Virus record (IMG/VR): IMGVR_UViG_3300024239_000011
Span: 479,036-543,035 of that record
Length of the DNA stretch: 64,000 nt
Reading direction: 5' to 3' (one strand)
Shown here: positions 1 through 7,711 of the stretch, piece by piece
Layout of the letters: each line of letters starts with the position of its first letter
Position numbering within the stretch: position 1 is the first letter of the stretch
Notes under the pieces: model-generated
What the model was told of the DNA's origin: nothing
The model's input: only the letters and a program-made list of their open reading frames with translations
The model's database searches: none
Program-made: the position numbers and the translations under genes

Positions 1-289
1 AGACCCACGTTCCCAATCCACCCATGAAGATAACCAGCATAGATACCATCAAGAACCGGAACATCCCGCGAGCAGCGACCAGACACCCAAGGATGAACAT
101 AGGACCGGTATTACTGATTAAATGTCCACGCCCGCCGTGCAGGAAAGGTGAAGCGAAGATTCCCGGAAAAGGATTTGAAGAACCCGGTTTGATACCATAT
201 TGGTCAAGCCGGTGTCCCATGCCCTGGTTAATGAACTCGATTATCCATATCGCGGCAATGAACAGGACAACCGGCGCAAAACGTTTCAT
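1..289 (-). CDS. Rhomboid-family intramembrane protease (runs off the window edge)
   Basis: Not in the ORF track. Hand translation from ATG at 289: MKRFAPVVLFIAAIWIIEFINQ...GIKP...GIFASPFLHGGRGHLISNTGPMFILG...GGLGTWV. The PFLH-x4-HL-xN motif and hydrophobic helices match rhomboids; RBS GAGG upstream. The catalytic Ser motif is outside the window. Confidence 0.75.
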   Translation of the reverse strand, partial: MKRFAPVVLFIAAIWIIEFINQGMGHRLDQYGIKPGSSNPFPGIFASPFLHGGRGHLISNTGPMFILGCLVAARGMFRFLMVSMLVIFMGGLGTWV

Positions 290-334
290 TCTTTGTCCTC
301 GACTTGAATTTACACCAGTTTCGGTTTAAGCCTT

Positions 335-808
335 TTAGGGAAGGATGTAAACCACTGGCTGAATGTCAGTGAACGAAGTTTCGATGATCTCAGCGATCAC
401 TTCCCATTTCCCGCCCCCTCGGTCGGCACCAATAAGGGGCATGCCGACGCGGGTTCCCATGGTACCTCCGGTTGCGGTATTGACCGCTACCATGTCAGCG
501 TTAATTTTTGCAAAGCAGTCTGCCAGGGCGTCATAGCTGACGTATCGCTTCCCATCATACCCATAGAATTGCTGGGTAATGCAATTTGCAATCATCTTCG
601 AACCGCAATCTGCCCATATTACTTGTCCGAGGTGCAGAACATTACCTTGATCAATGTACGTTTTGCGGTATTCGGTGAAAGCTGGGGGAAAATGGTTTTT
701 AATAGCTAAAGCGACCCCTGACCCTTGCACCCCCATGGAATTGCAACCATGTAAAATGCAATATTCCTCTGCGCGTAACAAATCACCTTCAATATATTCG
801 ATTTTCAT
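335..808 (-). CDS. Macro domain (ADP-ribose-binding/hydrolase) protein
   Basis: MKIEYIEGDLL...HGCNSMGVQGSGVA...IANCITQ...MPLIGADRGGGKW. The start at 808 overlaps the upstream stop (ATGA). Confidence 0.85.
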   Translation of the reverse strand: MKIEYIEGDLLRAEEYCILHGCNSMGVQGSGVALAIKNHFPPAFTEYRKTYIDQGNVLHLGQVIWADCGSKMIANCITQQFYGYDGKRYVSYDALADCFAKINADMVAVNTATGGTMGTRVGMPLIGADRGGGKWEVIAEIIETSFTDIQPVVYILP

Positions 809-1224
809 GCCCATAACCTGAATAGAGTGGCATCGCGTTTGTTGTCGAATGCCACTATGGTGTGCCGTGTCATGGGACCGCCGGTCGCCGGGGCATAGGC
901 GACAACGGCAATTTCGGCAGTGCCGGTGATTCGTACATCCAACCATGCCCTGAAAGCGTCGGTGCGGTCTTCCATGCCGTCAACTGTAACATAGGTGGAT
1001 GGTTCAAACGAAAAAAGAAATGGGGTGATCCGGGCAAGCATAACTTTGACCGTATCAATGTTAGGGAAGTATTTGTATGTATAGGATGTTGTACTGATGT
1101 CTGGTACAAGACCAGTCAAGCCGAGGTCGCGTAGCAAAATACGACGACACTCGGCTTGAAAATCTAGAGCTTGCTGGGGAACCCAAGCAGGATTTCTTGG
1201 GAGATACAGGCGGTACTCAGTCAC
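805..1224 (-). CDS. Hypothetical protein
   Basis: 139 aa ORF translationally coupled to both neighbours. Confidence 0.7.
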   Translation of the reverse strand: MTEYRLYLPRNPAWVPQQALDFQAECRRILLRDLGLTGLVPDISTTSYTYKYFPNIDTVKVMLARITPFLFSFEPSTYVTVDGMEDRTDAFRAWLDVRITGTAEIAVVAYAPATGGPMTRHTIVAFDNKRDATLFRLWA

Positions 1225-1544
1225 ACACCCTCGGGATTTTCGTCCGCCACAACCAATACGCCTTCCGGATACTTGATGCGTTGGATGTCTTTTTCACCCT
1301 CGGAAGTCTGAACTTTGACCCGGTAGGTCCACTGACCATGTTCAACCAAAACCCAGTTACCGGGATGAATATCTGTTATATTCGCCCCTACCGCATAGAC
1401 CTTGGCCCAACGTGGTCTAACACCCGTATCACGACCATTATCATCCAAACGGATAATGCCATTGACCAGTTTTTCACCCACATCCATATTCTCGACTAGA
1501 ACATGGTTGCGCAGTGGGGTAACGTCACCAGAAATGGTTTGCAT
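1221..1544 (-). CDS. groES: GroES-like co-chaperonin
   Basis: PLRNHVLVE...GII...AKVYAVG...IHPGNWVL pattern of Cpn10. Confidence 0.75.
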   Translation of the reverse strand: MQTISGDVTPLRNHVLVENMDVGEKLVNGIIRLDDNGRDTGVRPRWAKVYAVGANITDIHPGNWVLVEHGQWTYRVKVQTSEGEKDIQRIKYPEGVLVVADENPEGV

Positions 1545-2068
1545 TAGTCCTTCTCCACTATTTTTCTAGTGCGAGCAGGTTTACGCACGGTTTCCTGCTC
1601 GTCAAACTCATCCTCTATATCAGAGGTCAGGGGGTCGCGTGCAATTTTATTCTGCTGGGCAAATTGTTCAACAAGTTCTGCTTGCCGTGCGAGTTGAGCC
1701 GCACGGGTTTCTGCGAAGATTTGTTCAGGTGTTTTGAATTCAATATCCGGTGCATTCTGTTGTTGATTACGAAAGAAATTTGGATCAGCCGCATAAACAC
1801 GCGATCCATCGGCAACCAATGGGGCATCCGGAATTGCAAGCATCTGCTCACGTTCGCGCAAATTAACATGGCGAACAGACCGGGCATTACTTCGATGATA
1901 TTCTTCCGCAATTTGCTCACGAGAATGGACAACCTCACCGCCACGCCCGATAATATCACCGCGTGCATTCATCCGAGCATTGCCGAGCGCAGGTTCCTTT
2001 GCGTTCTGGGTACGTAACGTATCTATGTCAATCGGAATACCGCGCATGGTACGATGAACAATTTTCAT
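1544..2068 (-). CDS. Hypothetical late protein
   Basis: 174 aa ORF, RBS GGGAG, late box at 2104-2109. Confidence 0.7.
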   Translation of the reverse strand: MKIVHRTMRGIPIDIDTLRTQNAKEPALGNARMNARGDIIGRGGEVVHSREQIAEEYHRSNARSVRHVNLREREQMLAIPDAPLVADGSRVYAADPNFFRNQQQNAPDIEFKTPEQIFAETRAAQLARQAELVEQFAQQNKIARDPLTSDIEDEFDEQETVRKPARTRKIVEKD

Positions 2069-2140
2069 TCTATAACTCCCGCTAATCTGATACCAGATGT
2101 CCTTATTTATATTCTGGAAATAGCAGGTTTTATACTTATA

Positions 2141-2698
2141 CTACTTAAGGAATTCGTGGATATCTAAATCATAGCGGAGTGAGTTGATTTTATGCACGCC
2201 GATGAGAAATAGAACATACGATGCAACCGAACTACCACGACCAACACCCCAAACTATGTTGTTCTTGCGCAAGGTATCCACAAGATAGATCATGAGGCGC
2301 AGAAGATCAGTTAAGTCGCGTTCCTCATACATAGTCATTTCTTCGTGAACACGAATACGTTCACTATCAGTTTTGCACCGTGACAAAACATACTCGCGGA
2401 CATTGATGCTGCGGTAAGGTTCTGGGGTAAACCATTCAAGCCGCTCGATGGGTTTATCCATCGACGGATCGTAGATATTCAATGGACGATAAACATTGTT
2501 ATGAAGTCGTGCGAACTGATTGAATAATTCCGCATCGCTGGAATGTTCAACGGTCAGCCCTTCGATATTTGCATTCCCTGAGTACATCAGATCGAAAAGA
2601 CCGGAACCGTCAAAAACAACGGTTCCGGTATCGGTTACGTGGCGACCTTTAAGTGTCAGCATTGTTCTCAGATCAGTCGTCTTTTTTCGTCCCGTCAA
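2141..2698 (-). CDS. Stand-alone fragment of DNA polymerase III alpha (DnaE) palm region
   Basis: C-terminal GVGRGSSVASYVLFLIGVHKINSLRYDL matches the DnaE GRGS motif; preceded by RVHEEM...YLVDTLRKNNIVWG. Only 185 aa. Confidence 0.75.
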   Translation of the reverse strand: MTGRKKTTDLRTMLTLKGRHVTDTGTVVFDGSGLFDLMYSGNANIEGLTVEHSSDAELFNQFARLHNNVYRPLNIYDPSMDKPIERLEWFTPEPYRSINVREYVLSRCKTDSERIRVHEEMTMYEERDLTDLLRLMIYLVDTLRKNNIVWGVGRGSSVASYVLFLIGVHKINSLRYDLDIHEFLK

Positions 2699-3344
2699 TA
2701 ACGGTGGGGCGAAATGTGGGGCGAATCACTTCTGCTTTTTTTGGTGCAGCAGGCTCATGGAATTCGAATTGTACGAACCAGTGCGGGCGTTGGTCAATTT
2801 TATCCTTGTTACGTGGACGCACATCACGGGTGGTCGCATCAGGACGCATCCACCATGAATGTTCAAAGTACCGACGCGGACCAAGCCACTCTTCTGCCGT
2901 GGGAAGGTAGGCAACCGCGTCACCACCGAAGGTGAATTCCAGACCACCCGTATCGCTAGTCATTTGGACAATACCAAAGTGAACTCCCCGCTCTGATATC
3001 GCATTCATTTTCGCCTGGAATACCATTGTCAGCCATTCTTCAGACGGCTCGAACGGACAAACGACGAGGTTATTTGCAGACTGACGGAACGCTTTGTCTG
3101 CCCATTTGTTATCAACAAAATAGAAGACGCTGTTACCAATAATATAGTCGAAGAAATAATCCACTTTGGCGAACGCAAGGTTCACGTCATTATCCCCTGC
3201 TTCCTCAGTCACGATGACTTCAGCTTTCAGGGTCCACAAGGTCGGGAAAATGTTGCGTCCAATCACCTTAATGCCGCGAAATTCGGTCTTATACGTAATG
3301 GAGAAATCGTCGCTCATATGTTGTCTTTCTTTCGATAGTACCAT
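2673..3344 (-). CDS. Hypothetical protein (start probably 3317)
   Basis: Long ORF below a TATAAATA box at 3481-3488. Confidence 0.7.
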   Translation of the reverse strand: MVLSKERQHMSDDFSITYKTEFRGIKVIGRNIFPTLWTLKAEVIVTEEAGDNDVNLAFAKVDYFFDYIIGNSVFYFVDNKWADKAFRQSANNLVVCPFEPSEEWLTMVFQAKMNAISERGVHFGIVQMTSDTGGLEFTFGGDAVAYLPTAEEWLGPRRYFEHSWWMRPDATTRDVRPRNKDKIDQRPHWFVQFEFHEPAAPKKAEVIRPTFRPTVIDGTKKDD

Positions 3345-3510
3345 GGCGTGTAGCTCAAGGGACAGATGTCGTCATGATCAAACCGCGTGTCGAAATCGAC
3401 GGCTGGTGAACGGGGAAAGACCCATACAGATTAGCTGGACACAAAATGGTAGTTTTGCGTAACCCATTGCCTATTATCTGTATTTATAGGGTGTTTGTCC
3501 TGTCACTATA

Positions 3511-3762
3511 TCAGCCTTTAATCTCGAAATCCTTGCGGGCTTTCTCCATCTTCAACGCACGCTCTTTTTCTTGACGTTCCATTTCCTTACGGAGACGGTC
3601 GTTCGCTAAATCATAGAGTTCATTGGCCAGCATTCGAAGCTGGTTAATCATTTGCGTGTTCCCTGTCCCTTGAGCATACACCATACGCTTGTTTAGTTCA
3701 GAGATTTTTTCATGGATTTTGTCGATACTGAGGTTAGTCAAGTCCTCATTATGTTCTGCCAT
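3511..3762 (-). CDS. Small coiled-coil hypothetical protein
   Basis: MAEHNEDLTNLSIDKIHEKISELNKRM..., heptad-like. Confidence 0.6.
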   Translation of the reverse strand: MAEHNEDLTNLSIDKIHEKISELNKRMVYAQGTGNTQMINQLRMLANELYDLANDRLRKEMERQEKERALKMEKARKDFEIKG

Positions 3763-3817
3763 CCAAATCTCTGCCAAAAACGGATGCAGCATTTTGCACC
3801 TCCCCGTCAACTTAAAA

Positions 3818-3904
3818 CCACTAAATAAGAACGGTAATCGAATCGGACCAACGATTCGAAACCTTCGCGGAGACAAAGGCTGTCCCGTTCTCTATTTAGC
3901 GGAG
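3818..3904 (+). ncRNA. Endonuclease-leader three-way-junction RNA, copy A, with flanking inverted TAAATA boxes
   Basis: P1 AGAACGG/CCGUUCU, J UAAU, P2 CGAAUCG/CGAUUCG, J AAA, P3 CCUU/AAGG, J CUGUC. Homologous to copies at 37.3 and 63.7 kb. Confidence 0.75.
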
Positions 3905-3911
3905 AAAAATC

Positions 3912-4835
3912 ATGCCTAAGGGCAATCCCTTTACAACAGAAATGTTCATCGAGAAATGTCGCCATATTCATGGTGATCGTTATGATTATTCTCTAGTAGA
4001 GTATAAGAACGCACAGGAGAAGGTCAAAATTATTTGCCTCGCCCATGGTGTGTTTGTGATGTACGCGAAACATCATACACGTGGGCATGGATGTCCTGAA
4101 TGTGGTAAAATTTCTACAGGAAAGAAGAAAAGACTTGATTTGCCGGAATTTCTAACGAAAGCCAAATCAATTCACGGTGATCGGTATGATTATTCATTAG
4201 TCGTCTACGAGACTGCTAAAGTACCCGTTGAAATTATTTGTCCGATCCATGGAAGTTTCTGGCAAACCCCTGATTGTCACATTGGTTTAAAAGAATCAGG
4301 TTGTAGCAAATGCAGCGGTATGTTCAAAAAAGATACACAGTATTTTATCGAACAAGCTAAATTGATACATGGTGATACTTACGATTATTCAAAAGTTGTT
4401 TATCAAACCGTAAAAGATCAAGTAGAAATTATTTGTCGAATGCATGGAAGTTTTTTACAAACCCCGGATAGTCATCTAAATACAAAAAGTGGATGTCCGC
4501 GATGCGTTTCTCTAATATCTGATCAAGAAACTGCATGGTTAAATCATCTTGGAATCCCCAATGATCCCACTCATAGGCAGGTATATCTCAGGCTAGATGA
4601 TGGGTCGCGAATCCACGCAGACGGGTATGTTGCGTCAACTAATACCATTTATGAATATTATGGTGACTATTACCACGGGAACCCAAATGTGTATGATCAT
4701 CGAAAAATGAATACGACGTGTAAAAAGACCTTTGGTGAATTACACGAGCGTACCATAAAACGAGAAGAACGGATATTACGCTCCGGGTACAAGCTTGTAA
4801 CTATGTGGGAAGCACAATGGAAGAGTGGCGGCTAA
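3912..4835 (+). CDS. Free-standing putative homing endonuclease: three Zn-binding repeats plus a PD-(D/E)xK/Vsr-like domain
   Basis: Three FIxKA..IHGDxYDYS.V.Y....V.IICxxHG.F.Q....H....GCxxC repeats; C-terminal IHADGY...YEYYGDYYHG...LVTMWE. Confidence 0.75.
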   Translation: MPKGNPFTTEMFIEKCRHIHGDRYDYSLVEYKNAQEKVKIICLAHGVFVMYAKHHTRGHGCPECGKISTGKKKRLDLPEFLTKAKSIHGDRYDYSLVVYETAKVPVEIICPIHGSFWQTPDCHIGLKESGCSKCSGMFKKDTQYFIEQAKLIHGDTYDYSKVVYQTVKDQVEIICRMHGSFLQTPDSHLNTKSGCPRCVSLISDQETAWLNHLGIPNDPTHRQVYLRLDDGSRIHADGYVASTNTIYEYYGDYYHGNPNVYDHRKMNTTCKKTFGELHERTIKREERILRSGYKLVTMWEAQWKSGG

Positions 4836-4849
4836 ACGCCGCCACTTTC
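4822..4849. terminator. Bidirectional hairpin terminator
   Basis: AGTGGCGG/CCGCCACT stem between convergent ORFs. Confidence 0.7.
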
Positions 4850-4852
4850 TAT

Positions 4853-5272
4853 TTAAATATCTCCTTCGGCACGATTCTCCGAACGTTCAATAGAAAATCC
4901 ACCCGGATACCGAGCCGAGAGTTTATTGACGTTCTTTATTATTACGTCTTCCATTGAAATGCCCAGAGCGATACATCCATTCATTGCATACCATAGAACG
5001 TCACTTAATTCACTACAAAGATGGGCATGAAGGTCGGCGGTCATGGGCTTGCCATGAAAAAAAACCTTTTTCATGATGCCCAAAAATTCACCACTTTCAT
5101 CATTCAACCCGATTGCAGCAGTGGTGAGACGGGAAATCTGCCCGCCCATACCAACGGCGGCAAATTCGGTTTTGAGGGCAGCAAGGCGCTCGAACCAAGC
5201 GTCATCGTTCTTGCTGGCTTCGCTGGTTACACCGTCAACAAATGTGGCGTACTGAGTAAGGATATCGGACAA
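4853..5272 (-). CDS. MazG-like NTP pyrophosphohydrolase
   Basis: GLNDESGEF...ELSDVLWY...NVNKLSARYP. Confidence 0.85.
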   Translation of the reverse strand: MSDILTQYATFVDGVTSEASKNDDAWFERLAALKTEFAAVGMGGQISRLTTAAIGLNDESGEFLGIMKKVFFHGKPMTADLHAHLCSELSDVLWYAMNGCIALGISMEDVIIKNVNKLSARYPGGFSIERSENRAEGDI

Positions 5273-5339
5273 GGAAGCTTCTCCTGTTCATGGAATGTTC
5301 TCATGAGAAACTACCGCCGGGTTCTCGGTGTGGTCAATT

Positions 5340-5582
5340 TTATTTGTTCTTTGTGAATGCCGGATTACCAACTTTATGAAGATGACCACAGTTTGCACAA
5401 TAGAACTCAATCGTGCGGAAGATCATGTTCGATAAATTGAAATTTGCTTTGGTGAGGCAATGTGGGCAGGTAAATTGGAGTTCACCCATCAAGATATCGA
5501 GACCTTGTGGTGGCTTGATATACTTAGGCTTTGTGCCCTTTTTTCCCAATTCCGATGTACCCGGAAACTGGATCACCTTCAT
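5340..5582 (-). CDS. Small Zn-ribbon protein
   Basis: CPHC...CANC; RBS GGAGG; late box 5624-5629. Confidence 0.65.
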   Translation of the reverse strand: MKVIQFPGTSELGKKGTKPKYIKPPQGLDILMGELQFTCPHCLTKANFNLSNMIFRTIEFYCANCGHLHKVGNPAFTKNK

Positions 5583-5693
5583 GGCATCCTCCTATGTTCC
5601 GGTTACGCAAAAACTACCGTACATATTTAGTGTCCGGGTACTTGACTTATCAGCGGTTATCTCTAATATAGGCAGACGGATGGAGGAAATCAG

Positions 5694-6086
5694 ATGGGTG
5701 ATTCGGTTCAGGCTGTTCCTCTGGACGCGCTCAAGGAATTGTGCAATCCATTCGATGGCATCTGTTGGCGGGGTCTGGAAAAACCGGTCACCCGACAGGA
5801 AATCGCCGCTGCGCTGGCATCTAATACGCTGTTAGCCCCGGATGGTTCTTCGACGTTGACCCTGGACCGTGCTGGGCATATTGCTCGCATTGCGTGGTTC
5901 GTCGTTCATGGATGGACCGACCATATCGAAATCGATGTTGGGGTTCCATCTATGGGCTGTTACGTTCAATGGCCGGTCGAAGACGGCAACCACCGATATG
6001 CAGCGGCAATCTATCGTGATGATGCGACGATTGCTGCTGAAATCTCGGGGTCACTGAACTATGCTGAAGAGATCGGTTTGTTTTAA
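5694..6086 (+). CDS. ParB/Srx-like domain protein
   Basis: VEDGNHRYAAA motif; sigma70-like promoter TTGACT-16-TAATAT at 5642-5669. Confidence 0.6.
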   Translation: MGDSVQAVPLDALKELCNPFDGICWRGLEKPVTRQEIAAALASNTLLAPDGSSTLTLDRAGHIARIAWFVVHGWTDHIEIDVGVPSMGCYVQWPVEDGNHRYAAAIYRDDATIAAEISGSLNYAEEIGLF

Positions 6087-6697
6087 AGCTTGCGCCCGCT
6101 GAAATAATGCGTCAAGTGGCTCTTGCAATACGGCAAGATTGCCTTGATGCGGATATTATGGGTGCCTTCCGACGCCAGTTTCAATTCAATGGTTGAATTG
6201 TTTTCCACGATCACTTTACGGATAGAAGAGTCGTGTCCATTAATTTCCATGGTTGACGGGTCGGTTTCGCTAAAGCGAGGACGCATATTTTTTACTGACA
6301 ATTCACTGACATCGGAAACCAATTTCTTTTGATCGTCAACCACCGCAACTTTGAATTTGAGAACGTTTGTGTGGCTGTAGTAGCTTTCGCTGGCTTCATC
6401 ATAAAACGTACCATCCTCGGGAATCAGTGATATCCCCTCATATCGAATTGCGTTGTTCCCTTCATCAAGGAACGCGAACATTGACCAATTCGAGCAAACC
6501 ACCTTCAGTGACTTGTACAAATCTTTGTGAATGCGTCCGAGCAGTTTCACCTTCAGCCGAGGGTCTGGAAAATTAATGTTCTCAATCGGAAGTAGAAACC
6601 CAAAGAGCATGGTTATCCGGTTTCTCTCGGTTGGGTCGTATACCACCCAATAGAAACTGTCAGGGTTGTATTTCGGGTTGGAGGTGAATTCAACCAT
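6083..6697 (-). CDS. Hypothetical protein coupled to the U32 gene
   Basis: 204 aa; start overlaps the end of the upstream ORF. Confidence 0.7.
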   Translation of the reverse strand: MVEFTSNPKYNPDSFYWVVYDPTERNRITMLFGFLLPIENINFPDPRLKVKLLGRIHKDLYKSLKVVCSNWSMFAFLDEGNNAIRYEGISLIPEDGTFYDEASESYYSHTNVLKFKVAVVDDQKKLVSDVSELSVKNMRPRFSETDPSTMEINGHDSSIRKVIVENNSTIELKLASEGTHNIRIKAILPYCKSHLTHYFSGRKL

Positions 6698-7703
6698 TCC
6701 CTTTCTCCTTCAGAATGGTTTCGAAGACCTTATCACAAAAATTGCAAGTGACGCACTGATTTCGACATGTTGAAACCTTCTCGGAATACCCAAGGGTTTC
6801 AAGATCGCTGAAGTAAATCGTCCGGTAGCCCACGTGATGGGTGGTGGCGAAAAAATCGTACAAGCTGAACGAAGAGTTTCCATACATGTACGCGGTTACC
6901 AGTGTTTTCAGGCGTTTCTTGTCGATCATACGTCCGACAATCTTTACGCTGTCGGCATATGGCTCAAACAATTTCAGCCCAGCAGGCGTGATAAAGGGGC
7001 TTTTGAGGGTGTCAGCCGGGTTACGTTGGTAGTGCATCGTACAGAGGTGGTTCTTGTGCCACATCTGAAGTTCCTGTACTTCGGCTGGCTGTTGTTTCGG
7101 ATACTGGCTGATCAAATTGTCGCAGTGCTGTTTCCACACACAGGACGGTAAGCAACCTTCATTTGCCATCACCGTCAGGGTGATGTTGCGTTCCTTGGTC
7201 CACTCATGGACACGCTGAAGTTCTTCGAGGTTGCGGTTGATCGCCCTGTCGAGGATAAAATGCCGCAGACCAATGTTCTCGAAGCAGAACTTGACGCTTT
7301 CAAGCGTGCCTATCTTGTTGTTGGTGCTGGTTTTCACAACCATCGGCGGGAGGTTGCCAAAGAACGTCTCGTCGCGCAACAGAACGGTGTTGTTAAACGT
7401 GATGACTTCACATCCTTCGCGCCAGACTGAATAGAACAGGCGCAACATATGATCCACGCCCGAAGCACTGTAGATGTCGTTATCATAAACAGCGGAATTG
7501 ACAACATAATTCAATTTGATACCAAAATCATCTTTGATCCGCTTTATCTCATCCCAGTATTCGGGGGAGAATTTGATGTCGCGGTTGCTGATCGATTTTG
7601 AAGGATCGCTGAAATAGATATCGTCTATTTTTAGACGAGTGTCGTCGGGAAGCTCCGTAATTATATCATATAACCCCGGTGCGTAAGGAAGTGAATACTT
7701 CAT
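6690..7703 (-). CDS. Peptidase U32-family (Fe-S) protein
   Basis: TIM-barrel-like pattern, ILDRAINRNL, NEGCLPSC-x4-HC Cys cluster, VKIVGR, C-terminal CRNQCVTCNFC. Confidence 0.7.
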   Translation of the reverse strand: MKYSLPYAPGLYDIITELPDDTRLKIDDIYFSDPSKSISNRDIKFSPEYWDEIKRIKDDFGIKLNYVVNSAVYDNDIYSASGVDHMLRLFYSVWREGCEVITFNNTVLLRDETFFGNLPPMVVKTSTNNKIGTLESVKFCFENIGLRHFILDRAINRNLEELQRVHEWTKERNITLTVMANEGCLPSCVWKQHCDNLISQYPKQQPAEVQELQMWHKNHLCTMHYQRNPADTLKSPFITPAGLKLFEPYADSVKIVGRMIDKKRLKTLVTAYMYGNSSFSLYDFFATTHHVGYRTIYFSDLETLGYSEKVSTCRNQCVTCNFCDKVFETILKEKGNG

Positions 7704-7711
7704 AATTGCCT

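Noticed and set aside
24-329. 101-aa plus-strand ORF in the track
   Set aside because: Overlaps the much more convincing minus-strand rhomboid gene.
3828-3891. Leader RNA as a hammerhead, HDV/theta, twister or pistol ribozyme, or a known riboswitch
   Set aside because: Lacks the CUGANGA/GAAA core, the nested double pseudoknot and other consensus features I can recall. Catalysis by a new fold is not excluded.
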